Positions 41,078 to 55,230 of a stretch of 64,000 nucleotides of DNA are shown piece after piece. The stretch's first letter is position 1, and every line of letters begins with the position of its first letter. The position numbers and the translations under genes were made by a program. Below the pieces are notes generated by a model. That model saw nothing but the letters and a program-made list of their open reading frames with translations, was not told the DNA's origin and made no database searches. Source of the DNA: Hypanus sabinus (lineage: Eukaryota); the NCBI RefSeq assembly GCF_030144855.1, contig NC_082727.1, forward strand, positions 54,250,001 through 54,314,000. The letters are read 5' to 3'.

Positions 41078-41919
41078 ATCTGAACATATGCTGCGGTCAT
41101 CTCAGAAGATCTCCAATAATAATCATGACTTTAAAAAACATTTAAATCTCAATTAAACCTCCAAGGACTCCATCTACTCTTCTTGCTGCTTTAGAGCAGC
41201 CAGCACAATGAAAGATCCCACACACCCTGGATATTCTCTGCTCTCCCCTCTTCCATCAGTCAGAAAATACAAAAACCTGAAAGCACCTATCACCATGCTA
41301 AAGGACAGATTTTAGCCTGCTGTTAATAACACCCTTAAGTGGTTCTCTGGTACAATAAGATGGTAAATTGACCCCACAATCTACATCGTTATGATTTTGT
41401 ACTTAATTGTTTAACTGCACTGCACTTCCTCTGTAGCTATTATACTTTATGTTTTACCTCAATGCTCTGTGTAATGACCTGGCCTGTATGACAGTATGCA
41501 AGACAAGCTTTTCATTGTATCTTCGTTCTTGAGACAATCATCAACCAGCAATTCCAAAGTGCAAGCTTTTCATGGTATTTCACAATAGAATTATTTGGTA
41601 AGGAGCATAAGTTCACACTCATATGAGTATTGACTCCACTGGAGACAATTCAGCCTGAGAAGGAATGCCAAACTAATGAGAGAGACGTTTATTTGTCTTT
41701 AATAAAAAGTAACAGTGCCTGGAAACCCTTAAAGTTCCTGTTGGATTCTCAGAGTAATGAGGGCAAGCTACAGTAATTCCAGTGTCACCATTTTCACAAA
41801 ATACAAACCATTTTAATGGGTGTGAATGTTGGAGTAGGTGCTGCCTGTTCTCTGATGATAACGCTGGCAATAACTCTGCTTTGAAAATGTGAAACAATGA
41901 GTCAATGTGGTATTGTATA

Positions 41920-41933
41920 GCACCCCCTGCTGG
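41920..41933 (-). promoter_or_regulatory. CTCF-like motif
   Basis: Minus strand CCAGCAGGGGGTGC in unique sequence. Confidence 0.55.
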
Positions 41934-42084
41934 TGTGGCACCTTGCTTCATTCCTAGAAGCAGCTACAAAACAATCCTTGTGTTTTTAAATTATTTCAGG
42001 CAGTAAATATTTTAGTTTTGGATAAAGTAGGTTGTGAATTTAAAAGAAAAATTTATTTTTAATAATATTAGGCTAACAAGGTTT

Positions 42085-42365
42085 GAGGTAGAGTGGTGGT
42101 TAGCACAATGTTTTAAAGTGCAGAAGACCAAGGTTCAATTCCCACAGCTGCCTGTAAGGGGTTTGTACGTTCTCCCTGTGACCGCGTGGGCTTCCTCGCA
42201 GTGCTCCAGTTTCCTCCTGCAGTCCAAAGGCATACTGGTTGGTTGATTATTTGGTTGTTGTGATTAGGCTAGGGTTATATCAGGGGATTGCTGAGTGGCA
42301 CGGCTCAGAGTCCAGAAGAGCCTACTCTGTACTATATCCCAATCAAAAAATAAAAATAAACAACA
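42085..42365 (+). mobile_element. V-SINE-type SINE
   Basis: tggttagc...ggttcaattccc tRNA boxes, central V-domain and A-rich tail. Confidence 0.75.
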
Positions 42366-42639
42366 AATAAAAGATGCAATTCTGCAAATTTAGTTCTATT
42401 AAATAAAGAAAATGAATTATTCGTGTCAGAATGGCTGAATGCTACAGAGTTAGATCAGACAAAAGGCACATGATCATAACATTGTCAGCTGGTGCTGATT
42501 AGTAAACTCCCAATGTCCACCACATGAGAGATCTGTTTTCACACAGGATTACACATATTTCCTTTGAAATAAAAGTTGGCAGTCAGTCTGCCGTAGGCTG
42601 AAATATTGTCGACTCGGTTGCAAACTTATATAAAAAAAG

Positions 42640-43105
42640 ATGTGCTGACATTGTAGCGAGTTTGATGTGAGTAATTCTGGGAATGTAAAGGTGACCATAT
42701 GAAATTGATTGATGGCTCTCAGCCTGTACTCAGTGGAATTCAGAGAATGGGGGGGGGAGTCTCATTGAAACCTAATGAATGTTTCCTATAGTGGGGGAGT
42801 TTAGGACCAGAAGGCATAGCCTCAGAATAGAGGGACTTTCATTTAGTATGGAGATGAGGGGGATTTCTTTGGCTGGAGTGTGGTGAATCTGTGGAATTCA
42901 TTGCCACAGGTAGCTGTGGAGACCAAGTTATTGGGTATATTTAAGGCAGAGGATAATAGGTTCTTGATTGTTCAGGGCATGAAGGGTTACAGGGAGAAGG
43001 CAGGAGATTGGGACTGAGAGGAAAATTGGATCAGCCATGATGAAATGGTGGAGCAGGCTTGATGGGCCAAATGGCCTTATTTTGCTCCTATATCTTATGG
43101 GTTTA
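42640..43105 (+). mobile_element. CR1 3' fragment
   Basis: gtggtgaatctgtggaattcattgcc (VVNLWNSLP) and the gatgggccaaatggcc...atcttatgg end. Confidence 0.8.
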
Positions 43106-44032
43106 AGGACATATAACCCAATTGGGTCTCACCCTCAAGACTTAGGATTTCACCTGAGCTCTGTGCTTGATTACAGAGTCAGAGATCACTCACAATCGTT
43201 CATAATTGTCTGCATAGTATAGGATGCATTGCAGTTCATGTGTTTTTAATGGAAATAATATGCTCTTTGTATTCAGGCGCTTTGCACTTACAGACACATT
43301 ACGTCCATTGGGACAATGCACAAATTTCAGCTTAAAATACGTAATTCCTTTTTTTTAAAATTACTTGATGACAGAAAACTTTTACCAGCCAACAGATGCC
43401 AAGTATAATAGTTGGCTAACATGAGCCCGTTAGGTTATTGTTCATCTCCACAAAGTACAGTACTAAAGTATCTTCCCTGTAGAAAGTGTAACACATTCAT
43501 GCAATGACTCCACCAAGAACTGAAAGTTAAAATGTGAAGAACCATAGGGTGGAAATGGTGTCCAGTCACTTCATAAAACAACAATTCACCTGGTACGAAT
43601 TCATTATAAAATGTTGCCAGGCACATTTTACTCAAATTGCTACACTGCCTTTCTCTCCAATCAGAACTGGTCGAAGATACATGCTGTTTATTGCACTATT
43701 GTTTTGCAACCTGGTTCCACAACACGATTGCTACAACAGTCACATGCAAAATGATGCACCAAATGTGTGTTGCCAAAGGAAAAAAAATACCTTGCCCATT
43801 GACCTAATTAAACCTCAAGATTCTTGTACTCAGTAGATATATTTGGTCAGATCTCGTGAACTGATAGGTTACAGCATTGTGATAGTCATATAATGCCAAG
43901 ACCTATGTTTAAAAAATTACTGCTCATGTCAGTAGCAAGAGAGAGAATAGTGAAGAATAATTAATTTTGAGGCTGAAATGATACATGTAGCAACGTCTCC
44001 AAGGTTAGTGTTAAGACCATTGCATGCTCCCT

Positions 44033-44115
44033 CTCACTCTCCTTCTCTCCTCTCCCCCCTCTCTCCCTCTCTCCCCTCTTTCCCTTTCTCTCCCTCTGGC
44101 TCTCTTCCTCTGTCT
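44033..44115 (+). repeat. CT-rich low-complexity tract
   Basis: Directly visible. Confidence 0.85.
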
Positions 44116-45925
44116 TTAAGCATATAAATCACTGAAAGTGCTAATAAAGACCACCTCACTACCTTCTCTTTTTCTTTCTTCCTCTTTTCTCTTTTTGCAC
44201 TTCTTGTTTAATCTAACCTTTATATATAAATATTTCTTACTCTAATTTACAGGTTTTATTATTATGTATTGCAATGTACTGCTGCATACCAACAAACCTT
44301 GCCAATTTATCCATTTTTCAGAGTGCGGGATACCCTGGTCAAGGCCAACATTAAGTTGTGGCATACTCTGGTCCTTCTGAAGGCACTCACACAGGTACAG
44401 TATATTGGGTGGGGGGGGGGGGGGTTTATTGCTCATTGTAAATCATCCTATTGGGTTGCTGGGTGGCGTGGCTTGCTGGACCAGAAGGGCCTGTTTTGCT
44501 CTGTATCGCTAAAGATAATGAATAAATAAAGTTACCAAAGGAGATCTGAAGATTGGTCCGAGGCATTGACCAATCAGAGCCACAAAAGAGAGCCATGTAT
44601 CAGCCAGTAGGTTAACTATAGTGGGGTGTACGAGTCATATGGAACAACTGGAGATAATATACACATTTTATGGATCAGAATTGTCAGGGATTGGAGACCA
44701 ATAGAGTCTTATCCTTGAGCGGTAGACAGGATGAGGAGCCAGAATGGGTATTGGGGTCAAACGGGGAAATACTGAAGGACTGGATGGAGCAGATTTGTGG
44801 GAGATCACAATTAGGAGGGATGTTCCATTAATGAATTGGTTGGGGAAGGTGAAGCAGATCAGGCAGGTCCAACCAGTATAACCTTTCCTTCTCTTTTAGA
44901 TGCTGGTTTTCCCAAAGGCCCAAGGAAACAGTCCACTCAGCACAAATTTAATCTGAAATCCATCGGCTCAGATTAGATTGGCTGGCCTGATTCCCAGTCT
45001 CATCTGTGTTGAAACTAGAACTATGCAGATTTGATACAACTTGGGGGTCGGGTCAGGTAAGGGAATATTAAATTATTTGCATCCTACTCTTAGAATATGC
45101 AGTTTAATATCCAGAACCTCCACCCCACTATCACACCCTCCACTTCCACTAGTATGTTTGGGATAGGGCTTCCAAATGAATAGAAGCCACTTAATATTCC
45201 ATATTATTGCTCCTCCGCAGCAACTAATGAGACGAATTTAAATGTTGCCCAAAATTCTACCTCAAAGTCAAAGTTAAGTTTATTGTCACATGCACAAGTA
45301 CTTGTATGATACGGAACAATGAAGAACTCACTTGCAGCATCACAGATATATAGCATCCTTTTATTAGGTACTTCCAGATCAATATTACAATCACCTCAAT
45401 TGTCATCCTATGTCCTTCTCTAATAAAACCACTTTATGTATATTTGTTATATTGGTGTTCATCTTGTATAATGAAACTAAGGCAAAATAAGATACTGAAA
45501 TATCAAATACATCTATGCTATGGTTTTGAATTTATTAAGAGCAAGGAGCAAGTGACTATACAGCAACATAAAACAATAAACATGAGGAAATCTATAGATG
45601 CTGGAAATCCAAATCAACACACACAAAATGCTGGAGGAACTCAGCAGGTCAGGCAGCAATGTAAAATTCCCAAGGCATGGCATTCAAAGTGTAGATTTTT
45701 GTTAACGAATGAAACATCCAAACAGACCTAAGCAGTTAAAGTGGACCAGGAACCAAACTTGGAGAGGTCTCCAGGGTATGAGAGGTTCAGAGGGAGATGC
45801 TGTGGATACAGTAAATGATCAAACTGACAGGTCAGAAACCTGCACTCAAATCCTATCATGTCAGAGTAAAAAATCTGGAATTCAAACAACATCTTGTTCT
45901 GAGACTGGATTGTTATAAAACATTG

Positions 45926-46335
45926 TACTTACTTACTACCACTGACACTTAGGGCAGAAATGAAGTTCTTCTGTCTCTGGCAGTGTTCTTCATTGTGTCT
46001 CTGGCTCCCTCTTGGTTTTCACCACTGTCAGCCATGCAGGTCCCGTGTGGGGATTCAGGAATACCATTGCATTTAGATGTAGAAAGATTTTTCATTGCTG
46101 TTTCATCAACAATTTTATTTTACTAGTCAGAATTGTTAGCCCTGAGCTGAAGCCCTGAACCTGGAGGATTGGTGGACCATTCTTAGTCGGGCTTCTACCC
46201 TTTAACCTGTTTGGCATGGGTGACCCTATCAAGAGCCAAAGCATAAAGCCCTGACTCCGACCAATGTAGTCCTCAGGGTCATTGAGACACGTAAGCCTCC
46301 AAACCACAACAAGGTTTCAGTCCTCTTGGAGGGTT
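45926..46335 (-). mobile_element. RTE-derived non-autonomous element
   Basis: Reverse-complement homologue of 52895-53310; (TAAG)n tail. Confidence 0.65.
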
Positions 46336-47599
46336 AAGTATTGTGTAGATCACAAAGTCCTAAATGTGATTCATGCCCTATCAGTGTCATAAATGGCCAA
46401 ACCAGTCAGTCTGTTATACGTGGACTGAGTTTCAAAGTTACTTCCAGCTAATTGTGGGTGAATCAGAGAAGTGGAAAATTGGTGATGGTTGGATTGCATG
46501 AGTTTGGAAAAAAAAGACAAAATTATTGAACTGTAAATATTAGGATACCTGAACTTAAAGAATATGACTTCTAGGGTTTCTGATGTAGGAGAGGATACAA
46601 CAGTCAGATCTGGATAAACCAATATTTACTGAGGACAGTGCATGAGGGAGAGAAATGAATTGGGAGATGATAAAATTTGGACGTAGCTTTCTACGGTCAG
46701 TGGTTGCGTTAATGCCAGAAGCTACACAAATTAGAAGAAATATGGCAATCTTGTACAATCAAGAATGAAATACTGGAAATCCAAAGCAAAAATAGAAAAT
46801 GTTGGAGATACATCATCGACCCAGTCAGCATCTGCAGAGAGAGAAGCAGAGTTAAAATAATAATCAATCATCCTGGATTGATGTCACGTCCTCAAGCAGA
46901 AACATTGTCAAAGTTGCCAGTCCCAGACAGTGGCTGATGAGTAGGATAGAATTTGTTTGTCTGTTTATTTGATAAGATGGTGAGCTAGCAAGATGGTGTT
47001 AGCAGCGAATGTGACCAGCCGTCAACACGATCAACGTGCTGATTAAACCACCGAGCAATATTAAAATCAATGTGGTCGAGAGCGGAAGGTGACTGTGGGT
47101 GTTCAGCACCATTTGCCTGCATTTGACCAGACTCCCTCGCCCTCTCACTCGCTACTGGTGTAGGAATCTTGGGTCTTGGGCAAGGTTTGATTGACTCCGT
47201 TTGTGGATTGGACTCATTTTTAGAGGACTCTGTAGTTCATGTTATTCTCATTTCTGGTTTCTGGTTACGCCTTTACTTATTGCTATTTTGTGTGGTTTTG
47301 ATCAGGGCAGAATGGCTCTGTGGTGTGTAGTCAACAAATGACACAGCACTAAATTGTACCGAACTGAACAAAACTGAACATTCCTAGACTGCGTCAAGGA
47401 CTTTGTGGTTTGCTGCTTAATATTCTGTGTATTAATCACTTGTTTTTTGCCATTTTTTGAGCGATTTGTTTTTCTTTTTTGTGCGTTGGGTGTTTGATGT
47501 TTTCTTTGAAAGGTGTTTCTTTGTTTTGTAGCTGCCTGCGGGAGGTTGAATCTCAGCATTGTGCACTGCATACCTTCTTGATAATGAAAGAATCTCTGA

Positions 47600-47900
47600 A
47601 CCTTTATTTAGCAATGCAGTGCTGAGAAGGTCCTTTTGGCTCTTTGAGCCATGCCAAGCCAGCAACCCCAGAACCCTGCGTAGCCTTAGCCTAATTACAG
47701 GCCGATTTACAATGACCAACTAACTTCCCTGGTAGGTATTTGGACTGTGGGAGGATACCGGAGCACTCAGGGAAAATCCACACTTTCCACAGGGAGGACG
47801 TACAGAAACTTCTTTTGGAATAGCACTGGAACTGGACTACAAACTCCAGAACGCCCCGAGCTGTGATAGCATCACAGTGACCACTACGCTACTGTGGCCC
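47600..47900 (-). mobile_element. V-SINE-type SINE
   Basis: Reverse V-domain tttggactgtgggagg...ccggagcac. Confidence 0.65.
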
Positions 47901-48689
47901 CCAAATATTTGTGAAGGTGCAGGTTGGAGACAGTGATTTTGGATTTCTCAGTATTTAACTGTTCACGTAGAAAGCAGAAAGTTGAGGCTGAGAACATAAG
48001 AGAAGTGAAGGCGAATCAGTGTATATGCAGAACGTGACCTGAAATTGTTAAGGATATGGTGGAGCCGAGAAATTATCCTCGGTGGGCCCTTTTGCTATTT
48101 TCCCCTGGAGATGATTTTGCTTTCTTCCAAAAGAATCTCCAATTGCAATTGGATAGATAGGAATGGAACTTGATGAGAACAACTTGGGAGAGACACAATG
48201 TAGCATAAAGGAGGTTACTCACCCAGAGTAATTAAATATTAATTTATTATTTTAAAATTAGAGATACAGCGCAGAATGGGCCTTAGGCCTTTTGAACCGC
48301 ACCACCCCACAACCCTGACAACCGCGATTTAACCCTAACCTAATCACAGGACAATTTACAATTACGTAATGACCTATTCTGTATAACTTTGGACTGTGGG
48401 ACAGTATAACGTTCGAAAGAACAAAACTAAAGTTGATGAAAGCTGAATAATGGTGCCAGAGCACATAGTGTAGCATTACACTTAGTAATGTAAGTTTGTC
48501 ACTGTGAAACACTGACAGGTAATTCAAATATTTCTACAGTGGTCTGTACCTCTTTTTAAAAGACATAATTATCTTTTTCTTGGAAGAGAAGGAGAGAAGG
48601 AACAGATATTAATACAAATTGAGAAATTATCTCTGATGGATGTATAATCTCTCTGAAGTAATGGATCTAATTTCCTGATGCTGCCTTTC

Positions 48690-49150
48690 CCATGTTTGTT
48701 CATGGCCTCCTTTTGTGCCACGATGAGGCCACCCTCAGGGTGGAGGAGCAACACCTTATATTCTGTCTGGGTAACCTCCAACCTTATGGCACGAATATTG
48801 ATTTTTCTTTCCAGTTTAAAAAAATTCCCTCCACTCCTCCCCTCTTCTTCTATTCCACATTCTAGCCTCTCACCTCTTCTCATCTGCCAATCATATCCAT
48901 CTGGTGCCCCTCCTCTTTCTCTTTCTCCTATAGTTACTCTTTTCTCCTATCAGATTCCTTCAGCCCTTTACCTTTTCTACTCACCTGGCTTCACCTTTCA
49001 CCTTCCAGCCATCGTCCTTCTCCTGCCCCCACCTTTTCATTCTGGTGAATTTCTCTTTCCTTTCCTGTCCCAAAGAAAGTTCTTGGCCCAAAATGTCAAC
49101 GGTTTGTTCACTTTCACAGATGCTGCCTAACCTGCTGACTTCCTTCAGGA
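48690..49150 (+). mobile_element. Penelope-like element 3' end (GIY-YIG endonuclease C-terminus, UTR, decayed hammerhead)
   Basis: The frame from 48692 reads MFVHGLLLCHDEATLRVEEQHLIFCLGNLQPYGTNIDF, typical of the Penelope endonuclease end. It is followed by a pyrimidine-rich UTR and cttggcccAAAAtGTCaac. Confidence 0.8.
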
Positions 49151-50419
49151 TTCTGTTTATGCTGCCTTTTAAAAGTTGTTCGAAGTTCAAAGTACATTTA
49201 TTGTCAAAGTACGTATACGTGATACAACTTTGAGATTTGTCTCCTAGCAGGCAGCCACAAAGCAAAGAAACCCAAAAGAATTCATTAACAAAGACCATCA
49301 AACACTCAATGTGCAGAGAGAGAACAAAACTAATCATGCAAATAATAACACACACAAGTAGAGTTCTGCACCGAAATCCACAAAGTCAGTCTGAGACCCA
49401 TAGTTTAGCGCAGAGCTAAGCAACTATTTGAAGCAGTGAACTGAACTGGTCTGTCCCTCGCCTTGGGCCCTGACACCCTGATCTCTTCAATCTGGCCTAG
49501 CGCCTAAATTGACATCCAAACATTGGGTTTGTTCACCTTGATACGCTGTGGGACCTGGGGCTCGATTCGGCCTGTATCCAACCTTTCTGATCTGACCCGG
49601 TGGCTAAATCTTCATTCAAACGTTGGGTTCAATTGCCTCGATCGGCTCTGGGGCCTGGGGCCAGCTGCCTCGATTCAATTTGTACCCAATATTTCCAATT
49701 CAGCTCCGCATTTAAATCGATTGAACTTTGGGTCTTCCTCACTCTTGGTGACGGGCCTGCTGCCATGCTTCACCTCGGTTCTGCCACGTTGAGTTGCCCC
49801 CAAGTCCAAAAGGAAGTTATAAGCTACTGTTTGTGATGATTGTTCACCAGAAAAAGTCTGAGTTACAAAGTATTCAGTTGTTTTCCAGCTGAGATTCACG
49901 AGTGCCATCTTAAACCAGAAGTTGAATATTACTCTGCATTACCAACCATCTCACGGAGCATTGGGAATGAATTTATCTTGTGGTACAAACAAATTCAGAA
50001 TTTTTCTGATGGTTTTGCATATTAACATTTCAGCAACATGTTTGTATGATCTTCACAACTATTTTGTTATTGGTCATAGTTTCCAAGAAAGTTTAGCCAT
50101 AAGTAGGAAAGTAAATCAGTAGGAAAATGTGACGTGCTTACAATGAGGTTTCACCTTATTAACTGATCGTGTAAGATGGAATTTAATGTAGGAAAGTAAG
50201 AGATAATTCCCAATAGGAAAATGGGACACGTTTTTAAATTTTGAGAAACTACTAAATGACAATGCTGCTACACCAGTTCATGAGAGGTAGAATGTAAACC
50301 ATGCAGATACAACACTTAGTTAGGAAGTGTATTAGGAAGGACTTTATTATAAAAGAGGTTGACGTACAGAAACAATGAAATCTTGCCAAGATTGTATTGG
50401 GCTGTGATTGCGACTTAGA

Positions 50420-51140
50420 TTGTAGGACACTAAAGAGTGTAGTAGAACAAAGGGATCTGGGAATAGAGTTCCATAATTCATTGAAAGTGGAGTCACAGGT
50501 GGGTAGGGTCGTAAAGAAAGCTTTTGGCACATTGGCCTTCATAAATCACAGTATTGAGTACCAGAAGTTATGTTGAAATTGTGTAAGACATTGGTGAGAC
50601 CTAATTTGGAGTATTGTGTGCAGTTTTGTTCAGCTACCTACAAGATTGAACATGCGCAGAGAAAATTTACAAGGATGTTGCCAGGACTTTAGGAGCCGAG
50701 TTATGGGGGATGGTTGTATTCGTTAGGACTTTACTCACTAGAGTGTAGAAGACTGAGGGGAGATTTGATAGAGGCATACAAAATTATGAATGGTATAGAT
50801 AGGGTAAATGCAAGTAGACTTTTTCCACTGAGGTTGGTGGGACTACAACTAGAGGTCATAGATATTAGGTTAAGGGTAGAGAGTTAAAAGTTTAAAGAGA
50901 CCATGAGAAGGAATTTCTTCACTCAGAGCCTGGTAAGAATGTGGAATGAGTTGCCAGCTGAAGTGGTAGAAGTGGGCTAGATTTCAACACTTAAGAGAAA
51001 TTTGGGTAGGTACATGGATGGGAAAGATATGGAGGGCTATGGTCTAGATGCAGGTTGATGGGACTAGACTGATGATTTGTTCAGCATGGACTAGATGGGC
51101 CAAAGGACCTATTTCTGAGCTGTGGTGTTCTACGATTCTA
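50420..51140 (+). mobile_element. CR1 LINE 3' portion
   Basis: gtgagacctaatttggagtattgtgtgcagttt (VRPNLEYCVQF) and a CR1 3' end. Confidence 0.85.
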
Positions 51141-51724
51141 AGAAAATTATTTCCATTTCCCTTATTTTTGTGCAGACTGGCTGATGTCAGCCTGGTTGCG
51201 TCATGTAGGTTAAAGAGCAACTAGTAAAAAAGATGATGGTCTCAGAAGCTATATGATGAAGGTAATTCTAGTATAAAATTCTCTGTCCATATTTTACATG
51301 GATATCCATTATATAGCTCTTGTTTCATCAGAATGATCTAGTTAATCTGTTTTGTTCTGTAAATCTCTGATGAGAAAATCAGATATCATTTTTTTGTTGT
51401 TACCACTTACCATCAGACATAAAAGCACTTGCAAAATCCTGTGCAGAAATTAATTTCAGGTAGCAGTTGTTTACTCCTTGTCTCTCTGCTGAAATTTGCT
51501 AAACCTATTCTCATGGTGATCGCCAATATTCACCTCTCCAAAGAAAATGTAGATCTTTGAAGTTGACTGTTTGTTTAACCATCACAGTGGTTTGAGTACT
51601 GCTCGTCGTAGGAGTGATGGCGTGGGTAGTGGACACTGTGGGGGTCAGAGGGCAGGCACTTGACCATTCATTGCTCTTGTTTGTTCCAAGTGCCACTGAG
51701 GCATATATAAGTTTGAGCAATGAT

Positions 51725-52560
51725 TTTGCATACAGGAGGAAGACTGAAACTTTGGCTGAATGGTGTAATATCAACAGCCTCTTACTCAATGCCAGTAAGA
51801 CCAAGGAACTGATTGTAAACTTCAGAAGAAGGAAACCAGAGGTCCACGAGCAGATCATCAGAGGGTCACAGGTGGAGAGAGTCAGTAACTTTAAATTCCT
51901 AGGTGTCACTACCTCAGAAGAGTTGTCCTGGATCCATCATGTAAATATAATTGCAAAGAAAACACAACAGCACCTCTACTTCCTTGGGAGTTTGTGGAGG
52001 TTTGAGGTGTCATCAAAACCTTGGCAAACTTCTATAGGTATGATGTGGAAAGTGAGCTGACTGGCTGTATTATGGCCTGGTATGGGAACACCAATGCCTT
52101 TGACTGTTAAATTATATAAAAGGTAGTGGATTTGGCCAGTACTTCACGGGTAAAGCCCTCCCAACCATTGAGCACATCTACATGAAATGTTGCCATAGAA
52201 AAGCAGCATCCATCATCAAAGATCCTCACCACCCAGGCCGTGCTCATTTCCCACTGCTGCCATCAGGTAGAAGGTACAAAGGTACAAGCACCTCAGGACT
52301 CGCCCCACCAGGTTCAAGAACAGCCTCAACCATCAAGCTCTGTACCAAAAGAAGATAACTTACTCTCATTTAAGGACTCTTTTATCTTGTTATTTCACAC
52401 TCATTATTTATTGCTATTTATTTATATCTGCATTTGCAAAGCCTGTTGTTTGTTGATCCTCTTCTATAGATTTGCTAAGTATTTCCATTGAAAAAGAATC
52501 TCCGGGTTGTATGAGGTGACATGTATGGACTCTGATAATAAACTTTACTTTGATTTTTGA
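51725..52560 (+). mobile_element. Rex1/Babar LINE 3' portion
   Basis: LNASKTKELIVNFRR...VERVSNFKFLGV, then 3' UTR and tail. Confidence 0.85.
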
Positions 52561-52894
52561 CTTTTTGGTTATGTGACCACTGACACTGAGCAGACAATAT
52601 CTGAAGAGAATTGATAATGGTGCGGTCACCTGGCTTGTAAAGGCACTGCCCAGAAGAAAGCAATGGCAAACCATTTCTGTAGAAAAGTTTGCCAAGAACA
52701 ATCATGGTCTTGAGACCATGATTACTCACATCATATGACACGGCACATAATGATTTCATCTTGATGAAAGCACACTGAAATCTAATGGCTTCCATGCAGC
52801 TGCCTGGCTTATTCCTTTAACTGGGACAAATTTCTTTAACACTCTGCCTCCTCTTGCTTTTATACTGGAGCATATCTGGCAGACCACCAGGAGG

Positions 52895-53310
52895 ACCACA
52901 GCCTTGTTGTGGTTTGGAGGCTCGCGTGCCTCAATAACCCAGAGGGCTGTGCTGACTGGAGTCAGGCCTTTATGCCTCGGCTCTCGGTAGGGCCACCCTT
53001 GGCAAACAGGCGACAGGGTCGAGGCCAGACTAAGAGTTGTTCACTGGACCTCCAGGTTCGGGGATTCAGCTCAGGGCTGAAAACTCTGACCAGTAAAACA
53101 GAATTGTTCCGGAAACAACAATGAAGAATCCTTTTGCATCTGAGTGTGACAATATTCCTGAGTCTCCACCCGGGACTTGCATAGCCGACAGTAAGTAGTG
53201 AAAACTGAGAGGAAGCTACTGATGCAATGAAGGAAACCCTGAACACCATCGGAGATGGAGAACCTTCATTGCTGCCCTAACCACCAGCGGTGTAACAGGT
53301 GGTAAGTAAG
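52895..53310 (+). mobile_element. RTE-derived non-autonomous element
   Basis: Homologous to 45926-46335; ends gctgccctaa...gtaagtaag. Confidence 0.65.
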
Positions 53311-53319
53311 CAGATATGA

Positions 53320-54170
53320 CATAGAGTCATGGACTAATACAGCATGGAATCAGGCCTTTTGGTCCAACTCATCAATGCTAACCATGATTCCCACCAAGGT
53401 GATCCCAGTTGCTCAAGCGTGACCCATATTTTTCTAAATCCTTCTTATCCATGTACTGGTCCACATGTCTTTTGAATGCTGTTACTGTGTTGTGTTTGAT
53501 ACAAAAACATCATTCAGATACAAGCCGTATTGTGTTCGACCGCAGATTGCTGCAGCATTCATGGACTCGGGGACTTGGACTGTACTTTTTTTTGTGTGTG
53601 ACTATATTTCACTGCTATCTTATATGTTCTTCCAATCTCATATGCGCTATAGGTGCCTTGTTCCATGTATGACTGTTGGAACAATGTTTTGCACCTTGGC
53701 TCCAAAGTAACACTGTTTTGTTTGGCTGTGTTCATAGGTATTCATGAATGGTTCAATGACAATTAATCTTGAACTTGAATAAAAAACACAAAATGCTGGC
53801 AGAACTCAGCAGGCCATTCAGCATCTATGGGAGGAAGTAATATCGACATTTCAGGCCGAAACCCTTCATCAGGAGTGAACTTGAATTTTCCTCAACTGCT
53901 TTCTCTTGCAGTTTATTCCATACATGCGCCACTGTCTGAATGAAGAAGTTACCCCTCGGGTCCTTTTTAAATCTTTCACCTCTCACCTTAAGCCTCTGCC
54001 CTCTAGCTTTTAGTTTTCCTGGGAAAAAGTGTGTTCACCCTATCTATGCCCCTCACAATTCTATCCATCTTTATAAAGTTACCCTCAATGACGTACACAT
54101 CAAGGAATAAAGACTTAGCCTGCTCAATCTCTCCCTATAACTCAGACCCTGAAGACCAGGCAACATCATT
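53320..54170 (-). mobile_element. CR1 3' end interrupted by a short retroelement (~53490-53780) and a Penelope terminus (~53781-53877)
   Basis: CR1 sequence on both sides. Nested minus-strand motif ctcCTGATGAagggtttcggcctGAAAtGTCgat at 53875-53842. Confidence 0.7.
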
Positions 54171-54650
54171 ATGTATGAAGTCTTCTTCATAAAGTGTCAT
54201 AGGAACTTTGGCTACTGGACTTGATTCAAATTTACTCAACAAAACAAATGTAACAGTAAAAATATGCACTGATACCCTTTGATTCTGAAATGATCTTGAG
54301 TTAGATGTGTGAACAAAATAATGCTTTAACAGCTATTTTCCACTCTTCTTTACGAAAATGTTGGTTTTTATTTAATTAGAGTCAATATTGTGTTTTATAT
54401 TGCCAAAATGATTAATTCTAGCTTCTGTAACTTATTCTGACAATTGTGATATTTATTTCAAAACAAAGTTATTGATCACCTTGTGCGGAAAGTGACATAC
54501 GGTATATGAGAATGGATTTGCTCTCTATGTTCCATTAAAGGAATGATTGCTATCTGATAATGGGTTCACTTTTGCTTTTTTGCTTTGAATTTCTTCTGGA
54601 GTCTTAGTATTTTTCAGCAAATTTCCAAGATCTGGGTTGAAGTCCACATA

Positions 54651-54925
54651 TGGTAGCGTAGTGGTTCACACAACACTTTACGGTACAGGGTTCAATTCCT
54701 GCCACTGCCTGTAAGGAGTTTGTACATTATCCCCGTGACCACATGGTTTCCTCTGGGTGCTCTGGTTTCCTCCCACTGTCCAAGAGGTGCTGGTTGATAG
54801 GTTAATTGATCATTGTAAATTGTCCTGCGATTCGGCTAGGATTAAATCGGGGGATTGCTGAGCGGTGTGGCTCAAAGGGCTGGAAGGGCCTATTCCGCAC
54901 TATATTTCAATAAATAAATAGATAG
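54651..54925 (+). mobile_element. V-SINE-type SINE
   Basis: tggtagcgtagtggtt...ggttcaattcc head, V-domain and aataaataaatagatagat tail. Confidence 0.78.
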
Positions 54926-55230
54926 ATTTACCTTACTACCTCAGAGAAATTCAGATAAAGTCTCTTGCAATGACTTATGGTAACAGACATCGAGCGGTTC
55001 TGTGGAGTCTAAGGGTGGTTTCAACTTGTCCTGTGACAAGGGGCTAAATATACTTCATACCTATCTCCTCAGCCCGGTGCCAGAAAGAGGTAACTAACTT
55101 GCCTGTGAAGGTACCTTTACAAAATAATCAATATTAACATTTGTAAGTAACTTACATTGAGATGTTTTGTAACTAAATCGGCTTTATTTAACCTCTTAAA
55201 ATATTTATTAAAAAACATTTGCATCTAGTT

